Source: an uncultured Bacilli bacterium (GTDB lineage Bacteria; Bacillota_I; Bacilli_A; RF39; UBA660). Taken from it: 64,000 nt of DNA. The position numbers and the translations under genes are program-made. Numbering within the stretch: the stretch's first letter is position 1; the number at the start of each line of letters is the position of its first letter. Where the stretch lies: NCBI GenBank assembly GCA_944372545.1, contig CALVZO010000041.1, forward strand, positions 3,325 to 67,324. The letters are read 5' to 3'. The notes below the pieces were generated by a model. It worked only from the letters and a program-made list of their open reading frames with translations. It was not told the origin of the DNA and did no database searches. Shown one piece after another: positions 35,164 through 44,944 of this stretch.

Positions 35164-37704
35164 ATGTTAAATTTAAAAAAGATAAATAAAAAATATGAAA
35201 CAGAAGATTTTAAACAAAATGCTTTAAAAGATGTAAGTATTACTTTTAGAGAAAGTGAGTTTGCTTCTATTTTAGGACCAAGTGGAAGTGGGAAAACAAC
35301 CCTTCTTAATATAATTGGAGGACTTGATAGTTATACATCGGGTGATTTAATTATAAATGGCGTTAGTACTAAAAAATATGGTGATAGAGAGTGGGATAGT
35401 TATCGTAATCATCGAATTGGTTTTGTATTTCAAAGTTATAATTTAATTAATCACCAAACCATTTTAAAAAATGTCGAACTTGCCTTAACTATAAGTGGAG
35501 TATCAAGTAGTGAAAGAAGAAAAAGAGCGAAAGATGCTTTAAAACAAGTGGGGTTAGAGCATCATATAAATAAGTTACCTAACCAATTAAGTGGTGGGCA
35601 AATGCAAAGAGTAGCAATAGCAAGAGCCTTAGTAAATAATCCAGAAATACTTCTTTTAGATGAACCAACCGGAGCCTTAGATACAAAAACAAGTATTCAA
35701 ATTATGGAATTAATTAAAAATATTGCCAAAGATAAATTAGTTATTATGGTTACTCATAATCCGGAACTTGCCAAAGAATACTCAACTAGAATTATTGAAC
35801 TTAAAGATGGGATTATTGTAAGTGATACAAATCCATATAAAGAGAAAAAAGAGAATTTAAAAGAAGAAAAATTAAAGAAAACAGCGATGGGTTTTAAAAC
35901 TGCTTTAATGCTTTCTTTAAATAACTTAATGACTAAGAAAGGAAGAACTATTTTAGTATCTTTTGCAGGCTCTTTTGGCATTATTGGTATTGCTTTAATA
36001 TTATCTTTATCTAATGGTGTAAGTGAATATATTGAAAAAGTACAAGAAGAAACACTGACATCATACCCTCTAACTATTGAAAGTAGTTCCGTTGATTTAA
36101 CTAGTTTTATTACAGAAAGTAGTAGTTTAGTTAGTGAAAAAAATGAAAATAGAGAAGACAAAATTTATGTTAATAATATGATGGTAGATACTCTTTCTTT
36201 ATTAAGTAGTAAAGCCACCACTAATAATTTAGAGTTATTTAAAAGTTTTTTAGAAAATGATAGTGATATAAAAACTTATGCTAATGCAATTAGTTATGAA
36301 TATAATTTAAATCTACAACTTTATAAAAATGATGAAGATGAAGTAGTTCAAGTAAATCCTAATACTGTTTTAGAAAGTTTAGGTATGAGTGCTACAGGTA
36401 GTGGTAATTTAATATTTAGTGATGTTTTTCAAGAATTATTTACAAGTGATGAGATTAATAATAAGATGTATCAAGTTATAAGTGGTAAGATGCCAGAAAA
36501 ATATAATGAAGTTGTCTTATTAGTAGATGAAAATAACATGATAAGTGATTATGTTTTATATGCATTAGGTATAAAAGACCAAAGTGAATTAGAAGAATAT
36601 TATGAAAAAATTCAAAATGGCGATGTTATAGAAAGTGTTGATTTAAGTTTTTCTTATGATGACTTAGTGAGACTAACTTATAAATTATTACTTAATACTG
36701 ATTATTATGAAAAAGTTAAAGGTATTTGGGTAGATAGAAGTGATGATTTAGATTATTTAAAAGAAAAATTAAATGATAGTGAAGAAATTAAAATAGTAGG
36801 TATAGTTAAATTAAGTGATGAGTGGAGTGGAACAAGTTCCACAATGGGAGGAATTTTATATTTAGATTCTTTAGAAAAATATGTTATTGATAAAATTAAT
36901 AATAGTGAAATTGTAAAAGAACAAAAAGAAAATCCTAATATTAATGTTATTACAGGATTAGAATTTTCTAATGAAGAATTTAGTGTTAATAATTTAAGTA
37001 ATGAACAAAAATTATATTTACAATCTCTTAGTACCGAAGAATTAGCAGAAGTAATAAGTAAATATCAAGAATTATCTAGTGCTACTTATGAAAGTGTTTT
37101 AGAAAAATTAGGGTCTGTTGATTTAGATAAGCCATCGGCAATTAATATTTATGCTAAAGATTTTGAATCTAAAGAAGAAATAAAAAATATTATTGATGAA
37201 TATAATAAAGATCAAGAAGATAATGGGAAAGAAGAAAATATAATTAATTATAATGATTTAGTTGGAATACTTATGAGTTCTGTAACTAGTATTATTGATA
37301 TGATTAGTTATGTTTTAATTGGTTTTGTTTCTATATCTTTAGTAGTATCTAGTATTATGATAGGTATTATTACATATATTTCAGTATTAGAAAGAACAAA
37401 AGAAATAGGTATTTTAAGAAGTATTGGTGCTAGTAAAAAAGATGTAGCAAGAGTATTTAATGCTGAAACTTTAATTATTGGTTTATCTGCTGGTTTAATA
37501 GGTATAATAGTTGCAATTGTTTTAAATATTCCAATAAATTTAATAATAAGTTCACTTGCTGGAGTTAGTAATATTAGTAGGTTACCATTAAATGGAGCAA
37601 TTATCTTAATATTAATAAGTGTTATTTTAACAATGATTTCTGGTTTAATTCCATCACGTATGGCTAGTAAAAGAAATCCAGTTGAATCTCTTCGGAGTGA
37701 ATAA
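35164..37704 (+). CDS. Fused ABC transporter ATPase/FtsX-type permease (MacB-like)
   Basis: Walker A GPSGSGKTT, signature LSGGQMQR and Walker B LLLDEPT. A large extracytoplasmic region follows, then a C-terminal FtsX 3-TM bundle (ERTKEIGILRSIGAS). Confidence 0.8.
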   Translation: MLNLKKINKKYETEDFKQNALKDVSITFRESEFASILGPSGSGKTTLLNIIGGLDSYTSGDLIINGVSTKKYGDREWDSYRNHRIGFVFQSYNLINHQTILKNVELALTISGVSSSERRKRAKDALKQVGLEHHINKLPNQLSGGQMQRVAIARALVNNPEILLLDEPTGALDTKTSIQIMELIKNIAKDKLVIMVTHNPELAKEYSTRIIELKDGIIVSDTNPYKEKKENLKEEKLKKTAMGFKTALMLSLNNLMTKKGRTILVSFAGSFGIIGIALILSLSNGVSEYIEKVQEETLTSYPLTIESSSVDLTSFITESSSLVSEKNENREDKIYVNNMMVDTLSLLSSKATTNNLELFKSFLENDSDIKTYANAISYEYNLNLQLYKNDEDEVVQVNPNTVLESLGMSATGSGNLIFSDVFQELFTSDEINNKMYQVISGKMPEKYNEVVLLVDENNMISDYVLYALGIKDQSELEEYYEKIQNGDVIESVDLSFSYDDLVRLTYKLLLNTDYYEKVKGIWVDRSDDLDYLKEKLNDSEEIKIVGIVKLSDEWSGTSSTMGGILYLDSLEKYVIDKINNSEIVKEQKENPNINVITGLEFSNEEFSVNNLSNEQKLYLQSLSTEELAEVISKYQELSSATYESVLEKLGSVDLDKPSAINIYAKDFESKEEIKNIIDEYNKDQEDNGKEENIINYNDLVGILMSSVTSIIDMISYVLIGFVSISLVVSSIMIGIITYISVLERTKEIGILRSIGASKKDVARVFNAETLIIGLSAGLIGIIVAIVLNIPINLIISSLAGVSNISRLPLNGAIILILISVILTMISGLIPSRMASKRNPVESLRSE

Positions 37705-37769
37705 TATTGGGTATTTATAATTAGTTTATTAAGACATATATCATAATATATAGAGAAAGGAAGAATATT

Positions 37770-38006
37770 ATGATAAATTACCCAAATAATAATTATAAAG
37801 TCCAACCGATAAAAAATAATGACCGTTTTATATTTCCATTTTTAACTGGAGCCTTAGTAGGGGGAGCAGCAGTAGGACTTACTAGACCTAGACCAATTTA
37901 TAATGTTGCTCCAAACCCATACCCAGGATTTGGACCTGGACCTAGACCTATGCCAATGCCTTATGGTAATTTCAGTTATAATTATTATTATCCAAGACCA
38001 TATTAA
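37770..38006 (+). CDS. Small Pro/Tyr-rich protein (possible spore-coat-like)
   Basis: 78 aa with good RBS gaaaggaag. A central hydrophobic stretch is followed by PNPYPGFGPGPRPMPMPYGNFSYNYYYPRPY. Confidence 0.4.
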   Translation: MINYPNNNYKVQPIKNNDRFIFPFLTGALVGGAAVGLTRPRPIYNVAPNPYPGFGPGPRPMPMPYGNFSYNYYYPRPY

Positions 38007-38032
38007 AATAGATGTCAATTGACATCTATTTT
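38005..38032. terminator. Bidirectional terminator
   Basis: Perfect palindrome aaaatagatgtcaattgacatctatttt between convergent genes. Confidence 0.8.
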
Positions 38033-38036
38033 AATA

Positions 38037-38273
38037 TTATTCATTTTCATTATCCATAATTGATTTGGGATAAGGTTTCTTTTCGTCTGTAAGATATAAT
38101 AAATAATCTATTGAAGTATCATACATAGTTGCTAATTTTTTTAAAATATCTATTGGTATTTGTATTTTTTTAATTTCATAATAACTATAAGCAACTTGCG
38201 ATACATTAAGTAATTTACTAACATCAGCCTGTTTCATATTCTTATCTTCCCGTATTTCTTTTAATCTATTCAT
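38037..38273 (-). CDS. XRE-family helix-turn-helix regulator
   Basis: HTH_3 pattern LKEIREDKNMKQADVSKLLNVSQVAYSYYE. 78 aa. Confidence 0.75.
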   Translation of the reverse strand: MNRLKEIREDKNMKQADVSKLLNVSQVAYSYYEIKKIQIPIDILKKLATMYDTSIDYLLYLTDEKKPYPKSIMDNENE

Positions 38274-38491
38274 ATATTTTTCCTCTTCAATGAAATTTTA
38301 TATTAAAACAAAATGTTATATTGATTTTTAAAACATATTGTTATATTCTCAATTTAAACACTTTTTTTAAAAAAAGTGTTTAAGTTGAGATTTTATCAAA
38401 AAGTAGTTGTTTTATCAATAAAGATACTCAATAGATGTAGCAAGAAAGTTACATCTATTTTTTTGTTAATAAAAAACTGTCCGTAGATAAG

Positions 38492-38580
38492 TTATTATAA
38501 ATTAACAGACTATAAGTGAAATAAAATCGTCAACGAAGAAGTTAAAATAGATTAGTATGTTTCATACATACTTCTTCCCG
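38492..38580 (+). repeat. Copy of the last codons and 3' flank of the disrupted surface-protein gene at 53999-54090
   Basis: 38494-38550 matches 54001-54057 at 56 of 57 positions (attataaattaacagactataagtgaaataaaatcgtcaacgaaga.gttaaaatag). ttcatacatacttc is then shared after a 3-nt indel. Confidence 0.8.
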
Positions 38581-38609
38581 TAAATAAAAATATCTAAATT
38601 ATTAAATAT

Positions 38610-39710
38610 TTAGGTATTTTTTTCATTTAAGAAATTAAGAGATATTGCTAAAAATAAATAATTTATTAAAGTATTAGTACCACCATAAGATAATAAAGGA
38701 AGAGGAATACCCATAATAGGTAATAAACCTATATTCATGAAGATGTTATATATTTGATGGAATATAAATAAAGATAGATAAGAATAGATAAATAATTTAG
38801 AATATTTATTAGATAGTTTATTAGTTTTAATAATTAAATAGATATCAATAGATAAATAACATAAGATTATTAAGATAGCATTAAATATACCAAAGTTACC
38901 AATAGAAAAAGCAAATATAAAATCAGTTGGAGCTTCGGGAATATAAATTAATATTTTATTTAATCCTACGCCAAAAAAAGATGAGGCTCCAATTGATATA
39001 AGGGCATTTTCTAATTGATAACTAGAGCCACTTGCAAAATTAATAATTCTATCCATTCGATAAAATAGGGAAGTACCAATTAATTTAATTAATAAATCTT
39101 GATAATTAAAATACATTATAAAAAAAGATAATATAAATATAAAGAAAATAGTAAAAAAAGTTATATAAAAACATTTATGTAATTTAATAAATAATAAAAA
39201 GATAAATAAAATAATTAAATAATTTATTATAGCCCCAGTATCTGGTTCTAAAAATACTAATATAGAGGGTATAATAGTTAATATAAAATATTTTATAATT
39301 AATTTAAATTCATCTATTAAAGTATTTAATTTAGTATTTTTTAAAATAGAAATAAAATAAATAATTAAAGATAATTTCATAAATTCACTAGGTTGAAAAG
39401 ATAATCCATTGATACTTAACCAACATTTAGCACCATTAATATCACTTCCTATAAATAAAACTAAAATTAATAAAATAAGAGAAAATAAATATAAATATTT
39501 AGATAATTTATATAAGTGATTAGTAATTTTTATTTTTTTAGAAATAAAAATTACTATAGTACCAATTATAATAAAAATAAATTGTTTTAAAAAAGCATGA
39601 TTATAAGAACTACTTATTAATTTAGCATTATACATATTAAAAAGACTTATTATATTTAATATAAGTATGGGTATATATAAAAATAAATAATTAATATATC
39701 TTTTTTTCAT
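38610..39710 (-). CDS. SEDS-family protein (FtsW/RodA/SpoVE)
   Basis: Ten-TM ORF with family blocks SFQPSEFMKL, PDTGAI, PEAPTDFIF and GIPLPLLSYGGT. Confidence 0.8.
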   Translation of the reverse strand: MKKRYINYLFLYIPILILNIISLFNMYNAKLISSSYNHAFLKQFIFIIIGTIVIFISKKIKITNHLYKLSKYLYLFSLILLILVLFIGSDINGAKCWLSINGLSFQPSEFMKLSLIIYFISILKNTKLNTLIDEFKLIIKYFILTIIPSILVFLEPDTGAIINYLIILFIFLLFIKLHKCFYITFFTIFFIFILSFFIMYFNYQDLLIKLIGTSLFYRMDRIINFASGSSYQLENALISIGASSFFGVGLNKILIYIPEAPTDFIFAFSIGNFGIFNAILIILCYLSIDIYLIIKTNKLSNKYSKLFIYSYLSLFIFHQIYNIFMNIGLLPIMGIPLPLLSYGGTNTLINYLFLAISLNFLNEKNT

Positions 39711-39767
39711 AATATTATTATGTTCAAAATATAGTTATTTATCATAGAATATATTGATGGAGGGTAT

Positions 39768-40070
39768 ATGAAAGAGTTACCGAAAGTATTTGCTAATAAA
39801 ATAGATAAAGATATTAATAATACACAAGATATATTTTATGGAAGTATTAGTAGATTTAATAATATTAGAAATAGTAATAAACAAGATATTATAAGAAAGA
39901 TAAATAATATATTTAAATCAAGTAATCATGTATATAAAAGTTTAGTAAAAATAAGTTATGAAAATAGAGTAGAAGAAAAAGTAATAGTAGGAAGAACTAA
40001 TAATTATTTAATTACTATAAATAAAGAGTACATTAAAATAAGTGATATATTAGATATTGAAAAAATATAA
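39768..40070 (+). CDS. Hypothetical protein
   Basis: 100-aa ORF with RBS gatggaggg. No family recognised. Confidence 0.35.
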   Translation: MKELPKVFANKIDKDINNTQDIFYGSISRFNNIRNSNKQDIIRKINNIFKSSNHVYKSLVKISYENRVEEKVIVGRTNNYLITINKEYIKISDILDIEKI

Positions 40071-40073
40071 TAA

Positions 40074-40721
40074 ATGCTATATTATTATAGTATGGAAAAG
40101 AAAGATATAAAAACATTAGTAATATTTATACTTCTAGTAGTAGGTATAATTACTGTAACAGGTATAAATGCTTATAAAAATAGAAAATTAGAAAATGTTG
40201 ATAGAAAAATAAAATATGTAATGGGTTATACTTATGATTCTGTCTTAAATAAAGGAGAGAATTTGTTTTCTTTAACTATGTCTTTAATGCTTGATAAAGA
40301 TGTTTTTGAATATGAAAAAGAATTAGATGAAAGTATAAGTCATTATGTTATTGATAAAAAAAGTAATTATGTTAAAATTAAGAATTTTAGTTTAGTTTTA
40401 AATAATTTTACTGATAATGGTATAAATGAATATATGAATTATAAAGAAATAGTTTATAAAGATAATGCTTATTATATGCAAGATTTAAAAGTAGATAGAA
40501 ATAATTATATAGGAAGTATATTAGAAATAGATAGTTATAATGAAGAAATAGTTACATTTAAAAGTACTAATTATTATTGTACTGATAGAGAATATATTGG
40601 GGTATTAGATGAAGTACCTACTTGTGATTATCAAGAAAAAGTCACTTATTTTGATTTATACCATATAGATAATACATTTAAAATAGATTTTAATGAAAAT
40701 TTAATAAATATTTTATCATAA
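40074..40721 (+). CDS. Hypothetical membrane-anchored protein
   Basis: 215-aa ORF with one N-terminal TM helix. An alternative start is ATG 40092. Confidence 0.35.
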   Translation: MLYYYSMEKKDIKTLVIFILLVVGIITVTGINAYKNRKLENVDRKIKYVMGYTYDSVLNKGENLFSLTMSLMLDKDVFEYEKELDESISHYVIDKKSNYVKIKNFSLVLNNFTDNGINEYMNYKEIVYKDNAYYMQDLKVDRNNYIGSILEIDSYNEEIVTFKSTNYYCTDREYIGVLDEVPTCDYQEKVTYFDLYHIDNTFKIDFNENLINILS

Positions 40722-40730
40722 AAAAATATA

Positions 40731-41048
40731 TTAAACGATTTCGTCAATATATTTTTTTAATTGTCTAGCATTTTTATCAAAGATAATTTTGAGTTGATTA
40801 TCAATTTCCGCAATTCCTTTAGCACCTAGTCTTTGAATTGCATCTTTATTGACAATAGATACATCTCTTAAAATTACTTTAAATCTACTTAAATTACACT
40901 CAGCATTAATTATATTATCTTTACCACCTAAATAATTAATTAATTTATTTTCTGCAATAGCAAAATCTTTACGATTTAATTTCATGGCTACTGCTAAAAT
41001 AATTAAAATAACTATAGCAATGATAATATATTGAATTAGAGTATTCAA
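40731..41048 (-). CDS. Membrane-anchored PTS-EIIB(Glc)-like domain protein
   Basis: N-terminal TM helix, then LINYLGGKDNIINAECNLSRFKVILRD. This resembles the EIIB GG..NI....C.TRLR motif. Confidence 0.45.
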   Translation of the reverse strand: MNTLIQYIIIAIVILIILAVAMKLNRKDFAIAENKLINYLGGKDNIINAECNLSRFKVILRDVSIVNKDAIQRLGAKGIAEIDNQLKIIFDKNARQLKKYIDEIV

Positions 41049-41104
41049 AATTAATCACCCAAAATAATTATACTATAAATTATTGATAAGTTAAAGAGTT
41101 ACTC

Positions 41105-41131
41105 ACGGTTTTTAAAAATAATCATAAATTA
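41105..41131 (+). promoter_or_regulatory. Candidate sigma-K type promoter
   Basis: AC-N16-CATAaatTA, about 30 nt upstream of the cotY/Z-like start. A weak, low-information motif in AT-rich DNA. Confidence 0.3.
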
Positions 41132-41160
41132 ATAATGAGAATACATGAAAGGGTGAAAAT

Positions 41161-41622
41161 ATGAATAATAATAATTCTTCAAAAAGTTCTAGGGACTGCA
41201 ATAATAATTGTATTAGTGAAATTCTAAGTATTATTTTAGTTTTACAAGAGAGTGTTTGTCCTGATAATTGCCTAGATACTTGTGATAGACCAATGCTTGG
41301 TGGAGGTAGTAATTGCTTAGTATGTAATACAAGACCAGTAATGCTTTATACATGCTGTGGTAATGGTGTAGCATGGAGTATGCCAATAACTAAAGATGTT
41401 ACTATTAGTTGTAGTGGTGATAGTGGAAGTCAGTCTTGTTCAAATGTTTTTAGAGTTGAAAAGATAGAAGGTTGTTGTGCAACTTTTAGAGTTTTAGCAC
41501 CAAATACTGATACAACCAGTCTATGTCCATATGTTGCTACTAATTCTTATTTTACAATGGATTTAAATTGTGTATGTGCTATTAGATGTTTATCAGATAC
41601 TTATGTAGACTGTGTTTGCTAA
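41161..41622 (+). CDS. Spore coat protein CotY/CotZ family
   Basis: Cys-rich 153-aa protein. Blocks NTRPVMLYT, FRVEKIEGCCATFRVLAP and CVCAIRCLS are colinear with B. subtilis CotY/CotZ. Confidence 0.8.
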   Translation: MNNNNSSKSSRDCNNNCISEILSIILVLQESVCPDNCLDTCDRPMLGGGSNCLVCNTRPVMLYTCCGNGVAWSMPITKDVTISCSGDSGSQSCSNVFRVEKIEGCCATFRVLAPNTDTTSLCPYVATNSYFTMDLNCVCAIRCLSDTYVDCVC

Positions 41623-41730
41623 TCTATATAAAAACTTAATAATAAATATATTAAAATAACAAAAGCCATATTTTATGGTTTTTTGTTTTGGCTAAATATT
41701 TTTTATGCTATAATATTTCTAGGTGGTTTT

Positions 41731-42531
41731 ATGAAGTACAATAAAAAATTAAGAGCGGCTTATAAAGAGACCGACAAAAAGTCTTTTGCAGTATATGCCT
41801 TTTTACGTTTTTTAGTATTACTAACATTTGTAAGACAAATAACATTAGGAGAGTGGGGGAATGCTCTACTATGTCTATTTTCTTTAATATTATTTTTATT
41901 ACCATTTTTTATAGAGAAAAAATTTAAAATATCGATACCTAGTGCTTTAGAAATTATTATTTTATGTTTTATATTTTCAGCAGAAATACTTGGAGAAATT
42001 AATAATTTCTATGTAAGAATTCCCCATTTTGATACCCTTTTACATACACTAAATGGTTTCTTATGTGCAGGCATTGGTTTTTCTTTAATTGACTTATTAA
42101 ATGAAAATACTGATAAAATTAAATTATCGCCTTTATTTGTTGCAATTGTTGCCTTTTGTTTTTCGATGACTATTGGAGTAGTTTGGGAGTTTTTTGAATT
42201 TGGTTGTGATATGTTAATAAATACTGATATGCAAAAAGACCGATTTGTAGAAAAAATAGTAACGGTAGAACTAGACTTAGAAAAAGAAAATAAGCCAGTT
42301 ATCGTAAATGGCATTGATAAGACTATTTTATATAATAGTGAGGGAGAAGTATTAGCAACTTTTGATGGCTATTTAGATATTGGAATTATTGATACAATGA
42401 AAGATTTATTAGTTAATTTTATCGGGGCAATTTGTTTTAGTTTCTTTGGATTTTTATATATTTATAATCGTGATAAATATAAATTTGTTAATAATTTTAT
42501 ACCCACAAAGGAAATGAATTTAAAAAATTAG
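41731..42531 (+). CDS. Multi-pass integral membrane protein
   Basis: About 7 hydrophobic segments. Start moved to ATG 41731 behind aggtgg. Family not recognised with confidence. Confidence 0.5.
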   Translation: MKYNKKLRAAYKETDKKSFAVYAFLRFLVLLTFVRQITLGEWGNALLCLFSLILFLLPFFIEKKFKISIPSALEIIILCFIFSAEILGEINNFYVRIPHFDTLLHTLNGFLCAGIGFSLIDLLNENTDKIKLSPLFVAIVAFCFSMTIGVVWEFFEFGCDMLINTDMQKDRFVEKIVTVELDLEKENKPVIVNGIDKTILYNSEGEVLATFDGYLDIGIIDTMKDLLVNFIGAICFSFFGFLYIYNRDKYKFVNNFIPTKEMNLKN

Positions 42532-42607
42532 AAGTATAGCAATATATTTCTTTTTTTCTTAATTGTATAATTTAGAAATTTACTTTATAATTATAGTGGG
42601 TGATAAC

Positions 42608-44941
42608 ATGGAAAGAATAAGTCAAGAAGAGATAAATACTTTAGATAAATATTTTCGTTTATGTAATTATATGTCTTTAGGTATGCTTTATTTAAAAGAT
42701 AATCCTTTATTAAAAAGAGATTTAAAATTAAGTGATATTAAAAATAAATTAGTTGGACATTGGGGAAGTGCCCCGGGACAAAATTTTATTTATACGCATT
42801 TAAATCGTTTAATTAGAAAATATGATTTTGATATGTTATATATATCTGGTCCAGGTCATAGTGGTCAAGTTATGCTTGCTAATGCTTATATTGAAGGAAC
42901 TTATTCTAAATTATACAAAGAATTTACTGAAGATGAGGAAGGCTTAAAACTTCTTTTTAAGAAATTCTCTTTTCCGGGGGGAACATCTAGTCATGCGGCC
43001 CCTGAAATACCGGGGTCTATAAATGAAGGGGGAGAGTTAGGTTATAGTTTATCTCATGCATATGGAGCAGTTTTAGATAATCCCTCTTTAGTTGTGGCTT
43101 GTGTTATCGGAGATGGGGAGGCTGAAACCGGACCTTTAGCAACTTCATGGCATGGTAATAAATTTATAAATCCGAAAAAAGATGGTATAGTATTACCTAT
43201 CTTACATTTAAATGGTTATAAAATTGCTAATCCTACTATAATGGCTCGGATTAGTGAAGAAGAAAGAATTGCCTATTTTAAAGGTTTAGGTTATGAACCA
43301 TTTGTGGTAAATGTTGTTGATAATGAAAATTATCATGCTGATATGGCTTATGCTTTAGACCAAATTGCTGAAAAAATTATTGAAATTAAGAAAAATAGTA
43401 AAAGTAAAAATTTTACTAGACCAATGTATCCGATGCTTATATTAATTTCTAAAAAAGGTTGGACTTGTCCTAAAAATATTTACAATTTAGAAGTTGAAGG
43501 AACATTTAGGGCTCATCAAGTACCAATTACTTTTAAAGAAGATAAAGATTTAGATTTATTAAATAGTTGGTTAAAAAGTTACCACCCAGAAGAATTATTT
43601 TTGGAAAATGGTAAAATAAAAGAAGATGTTTTAGCAAATTTACCGAAACCTAATAAAAGAATGAGTGGAAGTGTTTATGCTAACGGAGGTTTAATTTTAA
43701 AAAATATAAAAGTTCCTGATTTTAGAAATTATAAAGTTGATATTATAAGGGGAGTTACTAAATTAGAAGATATGAAAGTCTTAGGAACTTATATTAAAGA
43801 TATTATTAAATTAAATAAAAAAAATTTTAAAATATTTGGACCTGATGAGGCTTTATCAAATCGTTTAAATTATGTATTTAATGTTACTAAAAGAAAATGG
43901 AACGCAAAAATTTATGATAATGATGAATTTTTAAGTAATGATGGGGCAGTATTTGATAGTATGTTATCTGAGCATATGTGTGAAGGAATGCTTGAAGGTT
44001 ATCTTTTAACAGGAAGACATGGCTTTATGCATAGTTATGAAGCATTTATTAGAATTATAGATTCAATGGCAAGTCAACATGCTAAATGGTTGAAAGTTTC
44101 AAAAGAATTACCTTGGCGTAGTCCTATTTCTAGTTTAAATTATATTTTGACAAGTCATATTTGGCAACAAGACCATAATGGTTATACCCATCAAGACCCA
44201 GGATTTTTAAATCATTTAAATACAAAGAAAGCAGATATTGTTCGAATGTATTTCCCAATTGATGCCAATACTTTAATTTCTACTTTTGAACATATTATTC
44301 AAACAAAAGATTATATTAATGTTGTAATTGCTAGTAAACACCCTAGTTTACAATGGTTAAGTATGGAAGAAGCCATTAAGCATTGCAAAGAAGGATTAGG
44401 TATTTTCGAGTGGGCTTCAAATAAGCCAAAAAATCCTGATGTTATTTTTGCTTGTGCTGGTGATACACCGACTTTAGAAGTTATTGCCGCAACTAAAATA
44501 ATGTATGAATATTGTCCAAGTATTAAAACAAGAGTAGTAAATATTATCGATTTAATGCGGTTACAAAGTCATGATAAACACCCGCATGGCTTAACTGATA
44601 AGGAATTTGATTATTATTTTACTACCGATACTCCAGTTATCTTTGCCTTTCATGGCTATCCTAATTTAATTCATGAACTAACTTATAATAGACGAAATAG
44701 AAATTTCCATGTTCATGGTTATAATGAAGAAGGTACAATTACAACACCATTTGATATGCGAGTTCAAAATAAAATAGACCGTTTTAATTTAGTAATTGAT
44801 GCTCTTAAATATGTAGAAGATAAAGAAGAGGTAAGGTTAACAAGAAATTTAATGCAAAAGAAATTAAAAGAACATAGTAAATATATTGTGGAAGAGGGAA
44901 TTGACTTAGAAGAGGTACGGGAATTTAATTTAGGAGAGTAG
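42608..44941 (+). CDS. xfp: Phosphoketolase (xylulose-5-P/fructose-6-P)
   Basis: Signature blocks GHWGSAPGQNF, EGGELGYSLSHAYGA, GDGEAETGP, HGFMHSYEAF and QDHNGYTHQDPGF. Start ATG 42608 behind gtgggtga. Confidence 0.92.
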   Translation: MERISQEEINTLDKYFRLCNYMSLGMLYLKDNPLLKRDLKLSDIKNKLVGHWGSAPGQNFIYTHLNRLIRKYDFDMLYISGPGHSGQVMLANAYIEGTYSKLYKEFTEDEEGLKLLFKKFSFPGGTSSHAAPEIPGSINEGGELGYSLSHAYGAVLDNPSLVVACVIGDGEAETGPLATSWHGNKFINPKKDGIVLPILHLNGYKIANPTIMARISEEERIAYFKGLGYEPFVVNVVDNENYHADMAYALDQIAEKIIEIKKNSKSKNFTRPMYPMLILISKKGWTCPKNIYNLEVEGTFRAHQVPITFKEDKDLDLLNSWLKSYHPEELFLENGKIKEDVLANLPKPNKRMSGSVYANGGLILKNIKVPDFRNYKVDIIRGVTKLEDMKVLGTYIKDIIKLNKKNFKIFGPDEALSNRLNYVFNVTKRKWNAKIYDNDEFLSNDGAVFDSMLSEHMCEGMLEGYLLTGRHGFMHSYEAFIRIIDSMASQHAKWLKVSKELPWRSPISSLNYILTSHIWQQDHNGYTHQDPGFLNHLNTKKADIVRMYFPIDANTLISTFEHIIQTKDYINVVIASKHPSLQWLSMEEAIKHCKEGLGIFEWASNKPKNPDVIFACAGDTPTLEVIAATKIMYEYCPSIKTRVVNIIDLMRLQSHDKHPHGLTDKEFDYYFTTDTPVIFAFHGYPNLIHELTYNRRNRNFHVHGYNEEGTITTPFDMRVQNKIDRFNLVIDALKYVEDKEEVRLTRNLMQKKLKEHSKYIVEEGIDLEEVREFNLGE

Positions 44942-44944
44942 TTT

